This document shows, one piece after another, positions 35,201 to 45,890 of a DNA stretch of 64,000 nt (position 1 is the first letter of the stretch; each line of letters opens with the position of its first letter). This stretch comes from Gekko japonicus (taxonomy: Eukaryota): positions 124,001 to 188,000 of the forward strand of contig NW_015162558.1 in the NCBI RefSeq assembly GCF_001447785.1, given 5' to 3'. The notes beneath the pieces were generated by a model that was not told where the DNA came from, did not search any database, and was given only the letters and a program-made list of their open reading frames with translations. Both the position numbers and the translations under genes were made by a program.

Positions 35201-38200
35201 TCTAAGCTGAGTTGGTGTGAGCTAGCTCACAGTTTTTTAGCCTCTGGCTCACACATTTTTGTCTTAGCTCAGGAAGGAGGGCTCCAGAGCAAACTAATTT
35301 ATGCAGGAGCCAAATCGTTCGCTCACAACTTTCATACCAGCAGCTCACAAAGTAGAATTTTTGCTCACAGGGCTCTACAGCTTAGAGGGAACTTTGATGA
35401 TGATCCCTTGTGGGGTTTTCAAGGTGACAGACGTTCAGCGGTGGTTTGCTGTTGCCTACCTGCGCACAGTGACCCTGGCCTGCCTTGGTCTCCCATCCAA
35501 ATACTGACCAGGCCCGACCCTGCTTAGCTTCCGAGACCTGACAAGATTGGGCGAGCCTGGGCTATTTAGGTCAAGGCGGGTATTTCAAAGTCGAAGATAA
35601 ACTAGGTAAGGCACATTCTGACCACTGCTGAGGTGCTGGGATAACGTGGAGGGGAAAGACAAATGCCTAGTGTGGTGGGCTTGACCTCTGATCTGCGGAT
35701 CAGTCTGCCTTGCGTGACAAATAGAACAGGAATGTTTCTTAATGGCTGGAGGCGTCTTCTTGACTCCCGAGCGTCAAGAAATTAGTTGGGCCAAGTGCAC
35801 AGCAAGACCCAGAAGAGCAAGCGGGAGGGAGGAGACAGAGGCGGGTCTGAGAGAGAAGAAAAGGGCAGTCAGTTATGCTGGCGAGATGGGGAGAGGGGCA
35901 GGCAGGTGCCACGGACGTGGGGCAACGGATCTGCTGCCCTGCAAGAGTGCCCCCACCTGCGCTCTCCTGTCTGTAAATAAAACAAATAACTAGAAAAATA
36001 ACCCTCTGAGGCTCCTGCGCTTTGTTCTCCAAAGGGAACCAGCTCAGGTAACGCACGGCCCCTGGAACTCCTCATCATTCGGGAAGCAAGAGGCTCCTAA
36101 CACCACCGCCACTTCAAACCTGGCTTCACACCCCAAACGATCAAGGAATCCTTTCTCTACTTCCCTATCTGAGAGTCCCTGCTGAAGCCTCCTATGGCCG
36201 GGAGGCACACAGTGTAGAACGGGGGTCCCCAAGATGGTGCCTCTGGGCGCCACGGAGCCTGCTGACACCTTTCCTGGTACCCAGGAAAGTTTTTTCTTAA
36301 ATGGGTGGGGCCACATGGGACTCTTGGCCAGCAGGACTTCTGATTGGCTGTACAGGTCGAAATAACATTGTGCTAGCAGCAACTAGGAGCTGCGGTGGCT
36401 CAAGTGGTTAAGACGCTGAACTGCAGGCTGTGGAAGGTCGGTAGTTCAGCAGTTCGAGACCCGAGTCTGCCGCATGACGGAGTGAGCTCCCGTCTCTAGT
36501 TCCAGCTCCTGCCATCCTAGCAGTTTGAAAGCAAGAAATTGCAAGTAGATAAATAGGTACCGCTTCGGTGGGAAGGTAACAGCGTTCCGTGCACCTTGGT
36601 GTTTAGTCATGCCGGCCACGTGACCACGGAAACGTCTTCGGACAGCGCTGGCTCTTCGGCTTTGAAACGGAGATGAGCACCGCAACCCTAGAGTCGGACT
36701 CGACTGGGTTTCGAGCAAGGGAAACTTTACCTTTACTAGCAGCAACTGCCATCACAGTGCTAGCTTTACTTTCCCACTCTCCCCTTCCCCAATGTCACCT
36801 CTCTTTTCCCTTGCCCTCGGACTTCCTCCGCGTGTCGGTCTCTGCCTCCTGCAGCAGCCATGTCATGGTGGTGCCCATTACCTTGCGTTAGAATTCTAAA
36901 GGCGTCCACAGGCTCAAAAAGGTAGGGGACTCCTGATGCAGAACCCCGCTGAAGCTACACTGACTTGGACTTGATCTGCTTGCCGTCTCTGCCAGCTTTC
37001 CGGATGGCCAAAAGGGGAAGAGGGGCCAGTTTTGACCATGAGAAAGTGACGCCATGGAATGCAGATCCCACACCGATGAAAGCCACACAGGACAAAAGAC
37101 TGGTGGCAGCGATGGGGGGTGGGTGGGGACCAGTGTTCCCTCTAAGCTGAGATAGTGTGAGCTAGCTCAGTTTTTAAGCCTCCAGCTCACACATTTTTGT
37201 CTTAGCTCAGGAAGGATGGCTCCAGAGCAAACTGATTTATGCAGCAGCCGAATCGTTCGCTCACAACTTTAATGTCAGTAGCTAACAAAGTAGAATTTTT
37301 GTTCACAAGACTCCACAGCTTAGAGGGAACATTGGTGGGGACTCAGCTGAGGCTGAGAAGAGAAGCTGGCAGGATCCAACCCCTGCATCTAAATGGGGGG
37401 CCTACGTAGACCATCTTGTGTCCTGCAAAAAACAAAAGCTGGGAAACAGACGTAACAAGCAAACTTCAGCAAGCGAGCGGCGGAGAGTGGCTAAAGCCTT
37501 CCCCAGGTGGTTTCCTCTTTCTTGCTCCTAATCCTATTGGCTACTGGCACACCCAGCTCCACTTCTTCATCTTCTCTGGCCATTGTCCGTTCCCAGCAAC
37601 TGGTTTTCTTCATGGGCTCCTGCTCCATAAGCAGGCACCAAATCCCCTTCCGGCAAAAGAATGTCCAAACAATTGGTCCCACCAGCCAATGTTCCCTCTA
37701 AGCTGTGGAGTCCTGTGAGCAAAAATTCTCCTTTGTGAGCTACCGGCATTAAAGTTGCGAGCGAGCGATTTGGCTGCGGCACAAATCAGTTGTCTCTAGA
37801 GCCATCCTTCCTGAGCTAAGACAAAAAGGCGCGAGCCGGAGGCTAAAAAACTGTGAGCTAGCTCACACCAGCTCGGCTTTGAGGGAACACTGCCACCAAC
37901 TCCCCTCCCCCCCCCAGCAAAGAAAACCACACCCCTTGCCCCGTCAGCTGGGGGGGGGGATCCCTAATCCCAACACAAACACGCTTTATTACTCTCCACT
38001 ACTCTGCGACTGAACGAACACAGCAGACTGTGCAAAACCACCAAGAATCTGTTCTCGTCAGATTAGCGACCGAAAGCAAATTCCATGCTGGAAATAAACG
38101 ACACAGATTAGGGCTGTCTGCATGAATGCGGTGGTATTTAAAAGGGTTGCGCTGGCGGGACTGAGAATGATTGATTCAGAACAGAAAAAGAGCCATCGTA

Positions 38201-41200
38201 AGCGCTGCCAACAGAATGTGTCTGCCCTCCTTCTACAATTGATACGCTAATGGCTATTAGCCCATCATGCGGTGGCAAGACTCCATCAGTTAGTTCTGTG
38301 CTGCGTGAAGAAGAAGATCTTTATGCACTGGAACTGATCCGAAGAATGGACTACACAGATTCACGGAGGAGAGGCCTACCTACAGCCAAAGCGACAAGAG
38401 CTGCCCATGTTCAGAACGTGAATAACTCTAATTACTGGCCACCGAGACGACAGAGGTGGGCTACTGTGCCTCAGCCTGGCTTTGAGCCTCCCCGAGGCAT
38501 CCAACTGGCCACTGTGGGAGACAGAGTGCTGTGGCCTACGCAGATTTCAGACCTGAGCCAGCAAAGCCGCTCTTACAATCGTAGTTATTACATCATTTGC
38601 TGGGGTGGGGGGGAGAGTCGGGATCAAACAAGGTTAAGAAACTCCCAGCAGTTAGGAGATTTACTTGAGCATATGGGTAATTTCCCCCTCATGGATCACT
38701 GCCTTGTCGTGGCGAGGGGGCTTGCGCAGTTCAATGAAGCTGTGGGCTATGCCGTGAAGGGCCACCCAAGACGGACAGGCCACAGCAGAGAACTCAGACC
38801 AAGCGTGATCCACCTGGAGAAGGAAATGGCAACCCACTCCAGTATTTTTGCCAAGAAAACCCCATGGACAGTATCAAAAGGCTAAAAGATATGACGCCGG
38901 AAGATGAGCCCCTCAGGTCGGAAGGTGTCCAATATGCTACTGAGGAAGAGCAGAGGGCAAGTACAAGTAACNNNNNNNNNNNNNNNNNNNNNNNNNNNNN
39001 NNNNNNNNNNNNNNNNNNNNNNNNNNNNNNNNNNNNNNNNNNNNNNNNNNNNNNNNNNNNNNNNNNNNNNNNNNNNNNNNNNNNNNNNNNNNNNNNNNNN
39101 NNNNNNNNNNNNNNNNNNNNNNNNNNNNNNNNNNNNNNNNNNNNNNNNNNNNNNNNNNNNNNNNNNNNNNNNNNNNNNNNNNNNNNNNNNNNNNNNNNNN
39201 NNTTCCCTCTAAGCTGAGTTAGTGTGAGCTGGCTCACAGGGTTTTAGCCCCCAGCTCACACATTTTTTTCTTAGCTCAGGAAAGATGGCTCCAGAGCAAA
39301 CTAATTTATACAGCAGCCAAATGGCTTGCTCACAACTTTAATGCCAGTAGCTCACAAATTTTTTGCTCACAAGACTCCAAAGCTTAGAGGGAGCATTGAT
39401 CACAAGTGCAGCAACCTTGCTTTCTGGACACCCAATGGCAGGCCGAGCCCTGACACTGCAGGAGTCGAGGCAGATGTCCCCCCTCGGGCCATTAAAGCCG
39501 AGGCTCTTAAGTAACCAGGCAAGTTAAAAGGCATCCCTTCCACTGGCCAGCAAGGCCCAGCGGTTCCACACTCAGGAATCCAGGGAAGCCGGGCAAAACA
39601 GAACACCCGGCTGGAAGGCCACAGGCACGTGCAGGCAGGGAAGTTTCTGAATCTACCTACCATGTCCTGGGAAACTGGGCTAGCCTGGCAAAATGACAGG
39701 GAAGGGGAGGAGCCGGAGCACATGCCTCCTGGCAGAGATCAAAAACTCCTTGCTAGCAAAGACACGCTTCTCCTCCCCAGCTGCACCTTCGTCGATGCAA
39801 AAAACACATCCACTTTGACACATTCGATCTTGCAGTCCACTCCCAGCCGCTTTTAAAGCTAGGAGGGGCTTCAGATGTTGCTGGCAACTGAGGGGTTGGG
39901 GGGGCAGGGAGGGGAGGTGGTACTGCTCAAAAGAAGCAGGAGCCAAGCGGCATGTCCATGTCCAAAGGCCCGCTTGAGGCCAAGAGCCTACTCCCTGGGA
40001 AACGCCTTCCCGTAACGCTTCTGCGAGAGCAGGGGCAGATGGAGAGGGCAAAACAAGACCTGGGAAGTGCTCCACCCCTCCCTCTGCCATGCCCCTGAGG
40101 CAGGGAGGGCGCCTGAGCCTGGCGGCGGCCACCCCACGGCTTGCCCTCTGGCAGCCACCACACAAATTGCCTGGGCTGGGCCCGGTGACTCCTATCGCAC
40201 AACGTTCCTGCCGGCTACCACAACTTACCCAATTGTTGCCTGGGGTGGGGGGGCCTGCCCAGGCTGAGCCCGGTGCCTGCTGTCACGTGACTCGCCTGGG
40301 CACTGTGGCCTCCCTCTGCTCAGCCTCTGCTTGTGCTGAGCCAGGTCCAAAACTACCAAATCCACTTTTGTTCTAGGGCAGTGATGGCGAACCTTTTAGA
40401 GACCGAGTGCCCAAACTGTGACCCAAAACCCACTTATTTATTGCAAAGTGCCAACACGGCAATTTAACCTGAATACTGAGGTTTTACTTTAGAAAAAACA
40501 ACTTAAATTAACTTAAGATGATCCAAACAAAGTAAGAAAAGCAATCCCAAGTGCTTTCATTTACTTAAAATTATTTGGCAGAGAATTCGACACTTTAATG
40601 ATGGTCTGGGCCTGGCTGGGGCGATGGCACGCGTGCCCACAGAGAGGGCTCTGAGTGCCACCTCTGGCCCCCGTGCCATAGGTTTGCCACCACTGTTCTA
40701 GGGAGAGCTCGAAGGCCATTCAAGCAGCCAGGCTGGGATGCACAGACCATGACCATCCACCCATCTATCCCATCAGCGAGGGAGACCAGGAAGTAACCAA
40801 GTTGCTCATTCTCTCAGACCCTTCTAGCCACTGGGAGACTTGAGCATTTCATGTTAACAGCTGGAGATGCAGAGAGCCGGTGTGGGTGTGCTTAATCCTT
40901 GGCCAGCTCCATGTTGTGAGAGAGGGAATTCCCTGCTCATGCTTTTCTCCACTTGCCAACTCCACCAAACAGATGACGTTCACCGGGGCGACGTGGGAGG
41001 TAAAGCGGTGGACACGGAGACATCCTGCTCTACTCTACCCGTCTGAAGAGTTCAGGGTGGTGAAAACCAGTGAGGATTGTGAGGCACTCCTAAGGGATCT
41101 GTCAAGGATGGGCAAGTGGGCGTCAACATGGCAAATGGGGTTCAATGTGGCCAAGTGCAAGGTGATGCACATTGGAGCCAAAAATCCTAACTATAAATAC

Positions 41201-44200
41201 ATGTTGATGGGGTCTGAACTGGCAGAGACTGATCAAGAGAGAGATCTTGGAGTTGTAGTAGATAACTCACTGAAAATGTTGAGACAGTGTGTGACTGCAA
41301 TAAAGAAGGCCAATGCTATGCTGGGGATTATTAGGAAGGGTATTGAAAACAGATCAGCCCCTATATAAATCAATGGTGAGACCTCATTTGGAATACTGTG
41401 TGCAGTTCTGGTCACCACACCTTAAAAAGGATATTATAGCTTTGGAAAAAAAGTGCCGAAAAGGGCAACTCGAATACTCGGTACTTTTCTCCCTCTCTCA
41501 CAATACAAGAACTTGTGGACACTCCATGAAATTGCTGAGCGGTCGGGTTAGAACGGATAAAAGGAAGTACTTCTTCACCCAAAGAGTGATTAATACTTGG
41601 AATTCACTGCCACAGGAAGTGGTGGCGGCTACAAGCATGGACGGCTTCAAAAGGGAATTAGATAGGCATATGGAGCAAAGGTCCATCAGTGGCTATTAGT
41701 CACAAGGTATAGATAGGGGCTCTGGGGCAAGTGATGCTCTGTCTTCTTGGTGTTTGGGGGGGGTCAACAGTGGGAGGGCTTCTAATGTCCTGGCCCCACT
41801 GGTGGACCTCCTGATGGCACTGGTATTTCTGGCCACTGTGTAATACAAAGTGTTGGACTGGATGGGCCTTTGGCCTGATCCAACATTGGCGTCTCTTATG
41901 TTCTTAAGAGTCACCCAAATGACAGCCTGGATCCAGAAAGCTGTTAGGAAATGCCAGTTCTCTCACCCACCCCGAAAACTCAGAGGAGTTTGGGGCAAGC
42001 CTTAGTTTGCGAGAAATACAAGAGCTCTCTGCCACAATGACTAATACAAAAGAACAGCCAGCGCCCTTCCAGTGAAGCCCTACATCCGAAAAGATTATTT
42101 TGATTTCAGGCCAATGAGGGCAGCATCCAAGCAGAAGGGGAAAAAAAGAGTTATGGAAAAAAAGGGGGGGAAAACCCACAGACAGCAACGAGATCACAGT
42201 CATATTTTGATGGAGAAACGAGTCATACAGCAAAGCATAAGAACATAAGAGAAGCCAATGTTGGATCAGGCCAATGGCCCATCTAGTCCAACACTCTGTC
42301 ACACAGTGGCCAGAAATACCAGGTGCCATCAGGAGGTCCAGCAGTGGGGCCAGGACACTAGGAGCCCTCCCACTGTTGCCCCCCCACAGCACCAAGAATA
42401 CCAAGCATCACTTGCTCCAGCCCACCAAAGCTTTTAAAGTTTGGAGTACACATTTGGAGATGTCGCCCCAAACAAAGAGGAGGTCAGCAGTTCCTGCCTA
42501 ACTTGTATGATCCCTTCGAGAACACCAGGGAGGTTTGCATCGTCACATAAATAAGTTTCCATCCTGGAGGAAACCAAGTTCTGGCCCCGGTCACACGGCA
42601 AAGTTGCCGCGGGAGAGGCACGGATGGTGGGCGGATTATCCGGGCGCGATCACACCCCAACATCTGGGAAGTGGAGCGCACCCGTGGCTTACCGCTGACA
42701 ATGTGCCTTAAAAAACTAGTACCTCCAAGGTACTAGTAAATGTTTGCCACGAGCTGCCTCCAGACGCCCGTGGTGTGATCGCGCCGGCGCACAGCATTCC
42801 CCTCCGGTTCCTCGTTTACCTGCCGGCGCTGAGGGAAGGACCCATGGTGTGCCGCCGGTGCATCTGATTGCGTAATTGCGCATCAAAGTGCGCCGGGGCA
42901 ATTAGCCACGCCTCCCCCCCGCAATATCTGGCCTGTGTGACCAGGGCCACAGTTTGTTAAAGCTTCTTGTATGCTGAGTACATGATGCTCAAATAAATTC
43001 CAAAGGGAAAAAGTCATTTTGAACTTGTCCCTCAATGCCAATTAAACAACAATAAAAAAACTGTCACTCCCGAAACTTGAATGACACCTTTCAGAAAATG
43101 AAAGCACAAAGCACCTGTGGATGAGGCCTTAGGCAATGACCTTCCTGTCATGGTAATAATGTGGCCAAGGGTGTTTCCCAACTTTGTGGCCCTCCTCTAC
43201 AGAATGATAACTAATACCCCACCCTAGGAAGAAAGGCTACATATTGCATTCCCAGTTCCCTAACCTTGGTTGGAGCAGACATCTTGCCAAGCTCATCTGC
43301 TCCCAGATAAAGGACTCTCGCATCCCCTAGAGGAGTGCTATCATTTTGGTGCCAATACTTACATCACTTCAGAGAACTGGCTGCCCCCAAGGAAACCATA
43401 TCTGTCAGTCTTACGGCCTGCCACTCCATTGATTTCAGAATCTGAACCCAGAGAGCTAGCATCATCAGGAAATCCAGGGCCGGTCAAGGACTCCATGGTG
43501 CCTGACATAAGACTGACAGACTCCAAGTAGCTCATGGTGTCAGGAGCCGGAGGAGCCTTGGGCCCCGGAGTGCCATGGCTGGGCTGGGAACCCAGGCCTT
43601 GGAGTGGTTGTGAAGAGGGTAGATCATGAGGTTCCAAGCCGCCTGGGCCAGTGGGCGAAGTCTTTTCTGGTGGCGAGCCAGGGCTAGGCGCTACCACCAC
43701 CACTGTCGGCGACATTGGTGGAACTGGGAGGGGCTTCATTGTGGCCTCTGTGGGCAAAGTCAGAGGCGATGGCATCATTCTGTCCTGCGGTGATGATGTC
43801 ACTGACGTTCCATTGACCGCTGCCACAGTGGACACGGGAGCCGCTGAATTCACCACAGGCACCGTCGCGGTAGCAGATGCATTCCCCCCCGGAGTCCCAT
43901 CCACAGCGATCTCTCCAGCATCAGATGCCACCTGTACAAGAGAGGCCACATCTCCATTATTCCTGGACACCAGAGACATCTCTATGGTCATCACGGTTGA
44001 TGTCGTTTCTGTAGCAACACAGGATGCTTCCATCTCTGCGACGGTGGGAGCAGTTGCTTCCGCAGGCTCCACTGCTACCAAGTTGCCTGTTGCCATGGTT
44101 GAAGCCAACCTACTGTCCACAGGCTCCACTGAAGCCACAGGATCTGGGCCCAGCCCCTTCAGAGCATGGAGCATGGAGCGGGGGGAATTGTACCGAGGAG

Positions 44201-44234
44201 GGGGTGATGGAGGGTCCCCAGAGCCAGTCTCCAT
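19535..44234 (-). CDS. TBC1D10B: TBC1 domain family member 10B (EPI64B, Rab GAP), spliced CDS; 811 aa with one copy of exons 6-8, 948 aa with both
   Basis: Exons 43363-44234, 31617-31716, 31385-31492, 29477-29583, 28485-28599, [26883-26948, 25274-25463, 24646-24800], duplicate [24160-24225, 22674-22863, 22046-22200], 19535-20257. All GT-AG. Catalytic IEKDLHR (Arg finger) and YCQ (Gln finger) intact; EK-rich coiled tail; ends QDTYF*. Confidence 0.96.
22046..22200 (-). CDS. TBC1D10B: TBC1D10B exon 8, copy B (duplicate)
   Basis: Same peptide; one synonymous change (Leu TTG vs CTG). Confidence 0.75.
22674..22863 (-). CDS. TBC1D10B: TBC1D10B exon 7, copy B (duplicate)
   Basis: Same peptide and splice sites as copy A, offset 2600 nt. 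Confidence 0.75.
24160..24225 (-). CDS. TBC1D10B: TBC1D10B exon 6, copy B (duplicate)
   Basis: Same peptide and splice sites as copy A. Confidence 0.75.
24646..24800 (-). CDS. TBC1D10B: TBC1D10B exon 8, copy A
   Basis: [52 protein letters not shown]. Confidence 0.88.
25274..25463 (-). CDS. TBC1D10B: TBC1D10B exon 7, copy A
   Basis: [63 protein letters not shown]. Confidence 0.88.
26883..26948 (-). CDS. TBC1D10B: TBC1D10B exon 6, copy A
   Basis: [22 protein letters not shown]; cag| and |GTGAGT. Confidence 0.88.
27042..27311. other. Assembly gap; others at 30200-30678, 34479-34912, 38972-39202, 62531-62924
   Basis: Runs of N. Confidence 0.99.
27377..27582. mobile_element. Family-A hAT MITE; its first 24 bp are also duplicated at 24511-24534
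   Basis: TSD gtcgtgaa. Confidence 0.88.
28485..28599 (-). CDS. TBC1D10B: TBC1D10B exon 5 (Gln finger)
   Basis: [38 protein letters not shown]. Confidence 0.95.
28965..29152 (+). mobile_element. 5S rRNA-derived SINE with RTE-type tail; other copies near 34065-34270(-), 35400-35575(-), 52125-52275(+)
   Basis: Degenerate 5S internal control region (GGAAGCTAAGCA...AGTACTTAGATGGGAGAC) fused to a GGCAATGGCAAA..CCTCTG Bov-B-like tail. Confidence 0.75.
29477..29583 (-). CDS. TBC1D10B: TBC1D10B exon 4 (Arg finger)
   Basis: [36 protein letters not shown]. Confidence 0.95.
31385..31492 (-). CDS. TBC1D10B: TBC1D10B exon 3
   Basis: [36 protein letters not shown]. Confidence 0.95.
31617..31716 (-). CDS. 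TBC1D10B: TBC1D10B exon 2
   Basis: [33 protein letters not shown]; cag| and |GTGAGC. Confidence 0.95.
32434..32856. mobile_element. Two head-to-tail family-A hAT MITEs (32434-32641, 32650-32856)
   Basis: Separated only by the 8-bp target gtcacaag, which occurs three times. Confidence 0.88.
33664..34010 (-). mobile_element. Sauria SINE, full length
   Basis: Reverse complement copy; TSD ttcataaacc. Confidence 0.88.
35191..35396. mobile_element. Family-A hAT MITE, opposite orientation
   Basis: TSD a(g/t)gatgat. Confidence 0.85.
36386..36735 (+). mobile_element. Sauria SINE, full length
   Basis: TSD ctagcagcaact. Confidence 0.88.
37131..37892. mobile_element. Two family-A hAT MITEs in opposite orientation (37131-37334, 37687-37892)
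   Basis: TSDs gtggggac and ccacca(g/a)c. Confidence 0.87.
38680..38971 (+). mobile_element. Bov-B/RTE LINE 5' region, cut by a gap
   Basis: GCCTTGTCGTGGCGAGGGGG...GGCCACCCAAGACGG...GGAGAAGGAAATGGCAACCCACTCCAGTAT...CCCCATGGACAG...CCAATATGCTACTG, characteristic Bov-B sequence. Confidence 0.82.
39203..39398. mobile_element. Family-A hAT MITE abutting a gap
   Basis: Same body and right TIR. Confidence 0.8.
40379..40695. mobile_element. Non-autonomous hAT (Charlie-type) element
   Basis: TIRs CAGTGATGGCGAACCT / AGGTTTGCCACCACTG; perfect 8-bp TSD ttctaggg with TCTAG core. Confidence 0.88.
41050..41905 (+). mobile_element. 5'-truncated CR1 LINE with degenerate RT C-terminus
   Basis: [66 protein letters not shown]; frameshift and internal deletion. 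Confidence 0.92.
42236..42420 (-). mobile_element. CR1 3'UTR fragment
   Basis: CATAAGAA tail repeats and 3'UTR, inverted relative to the 41050-41905 copy. Confidence 0.8.
42583..42948. mobile_element. Palindromic MITE-like element
   Basis: Imperfect TIRs GGCCCCGGTCACACGGC / GCCTGTGTGACCAGGGCC and internal inverted GGCGCGATCACACC / GGTGTGATCGCGCC. Confidence 0.6.
43363..44234 (-). CDS. TBC1D10B: TBC1D10B coding exon 1
   Basis: [14 protein letters not shown], a low-complexity region, then [21 protein letters not shown]...[28 protein letters not shown]; donor AT|GTAAGT. Confidence 0.92.
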
Positions 44235-44419
44235 GACTACTGGGGGTCCCTCCCCCCCGGAGGGGGAAATGCAGCCTAGCTGCCCAGCCAAGGCCTCAGC
44301 TTGGGGGGAAGGGAGGGAGCCAGCCGCCCCGCGCTCCCCCCCCTTGCCTGGATAGAAGTACCAGCCGTAGGAGAGGCAGCCACCCCAGCCTGCGCGCGCA
44401 TCTCCGGGCTCTGCGGCCC

Positions 44420-45110
44420 CAAACTCAGCCAATGAGCGCCAAAGGAGAAAGTAAGCTCGGCCAATCAGAAAAGAGGAAGGGGAAAGCGGACCAAGAGCCT
44501 CGGGGATGACGCGGGGGACTCATCGAGACGGCTCCAATCGGAAGACCAAACGGAAGAGAGTAGGACGCGGTGCACAGCCAATCGGTAACGCGGCACGGGA
44601 GATGGCGACGAAAAAGAGGAAGGGCGGTGAGAAGGAACTCAGCAAAAAGAGGGGGGGGGGACTAACGACAAGCGCCCGCCAATCGGAAATGGCGTCTCAA
44701 ACCCAGAAATCCGTTTTCTTAACCTAAGGATGGCTTATCCGTTTAGCCTATAAGAAGGAAGAATTTGCAAGAATTCTCCAATCACCTGCAGGGGTGGGGA
44801 ATTAACTCTTCTGTGTGTCAGGAGCGCACGTGATGCTTGCAGGCGGGACAACCGGGAATAAACGTCAACCTCGATGAAGCCGTACCAAAAATGTTGTCAG
44901 AGTCTTTGAGAGGCGTGCTCTTGAACCAATGCAATGCACGGAACGGGTCCAACGGAAGGCCAGAGACGTTTGTTGTGGGCGTGTTGGGAACCTGATGGGC
45001 CAATAGTGATTGGACTGAGTACCTAATTGACATCATCCGTTGCCAATCAAATTAATGTATTTTAAGTCAGGCCGCTTGGGTGCCAAAGTCTGAGACCAAT
45101 AAGAAAACAC
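44420..45110 (-). promoter_or_regulatory. TBC1D10B CpG-rich promoter with a CCAAT-box cluster
   Basis: About ten CCAAT pentamers (44429, 44461, 44534, 44578, 44679, 44778, 44926, 45000, 45043, 45096), YY1-like AAATGGCG near 44687, CACGTG near 44827. Confidence 0.7.
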
Positions 45111-45533
45111 CGCAGGAGGCGGGGGAGGGGGGGAAATTCCCGTTAGGATAGTATTTGGCAGCTGGTTTTTTTTTTTTTAAATATAAGATTTTTATTGATT
45201 TTCAAAGAGATACAGAATAAAGAAAAGGTTAAGGTTAAAGCGTGTTATATTACTAATAACATTTTGCAGTATTGTATAAGTTTCAGTGTTTAATTTGTTA
45301 TTATCTTAACTTTTAAACTAATTGCAACTGGTGATGGAGTTTTGCTAACTTTCTCTAAAAGCAACACATCAACATATCAGCAGCTGGTTTGATGAATGGG
45401 AATTGAAGGGTGGACTCCCGTGGGCACCAGGGCACCCAATGGGAAAAGAGTTCTCGGGACGCGCCTGAAACGTTGCTGCCAAGACATTGGCCAAAGTTCC
45501 AGCATCCTTTGCACTCGTGGCATACCTTTTAAG

Positions 45534-45739
45534 CAATGTTCCCTCCAAGCTGTGGAGTCCTGTGAGCAAAAATTCTACTTTGTGAGCTACTGGCACTGAA
45601 GTTGTGAGCAGGTGATTTGGCTACTGCATAAATTAGTTTGTTCTGGAGCCATCTTTCCTGAGCAAAGACAAAAATGTGTGAGCCGGAGGCTAAAAAACTG
45701 TGAGCTAGCTCACACCAACTCAGCTTAGAGGGAACACTG
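45534..45739. mobile_element. Family-A hAT MITE
   Basis: TSD cttttaag. Confidence 0.88.
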
Positions 45740-45890
45740 CTTTTAAGTCTGATTGGCCGTATTTGCAGTGGGTGAAGGATGGCAGAAGTTGTTCTGCACT
45801 GAGGGGGGGGGGAAGAAAGTTTAAAACGGGTGAAATACCAGGAAATATTTTCCTTCTCCATTCAGTCTGTTTTTGTTTTGTAACGCTGCT

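Noticed and set aside
43651-44355. 234-aa plus-strand ORF
   Set aside because: Antisense frame of low-complexity TBC1D10B exon 1.
44235-44432. 66-codon in-frame upstream extension of TBC1D10B (ORF track starts at 44432)
   Set aside because: It starts at TTG within the CCAAT-box region; the ATG at 44234 (METG...) matches the known N-terminus. Open frames are common in GC-rich 5'UTRs.
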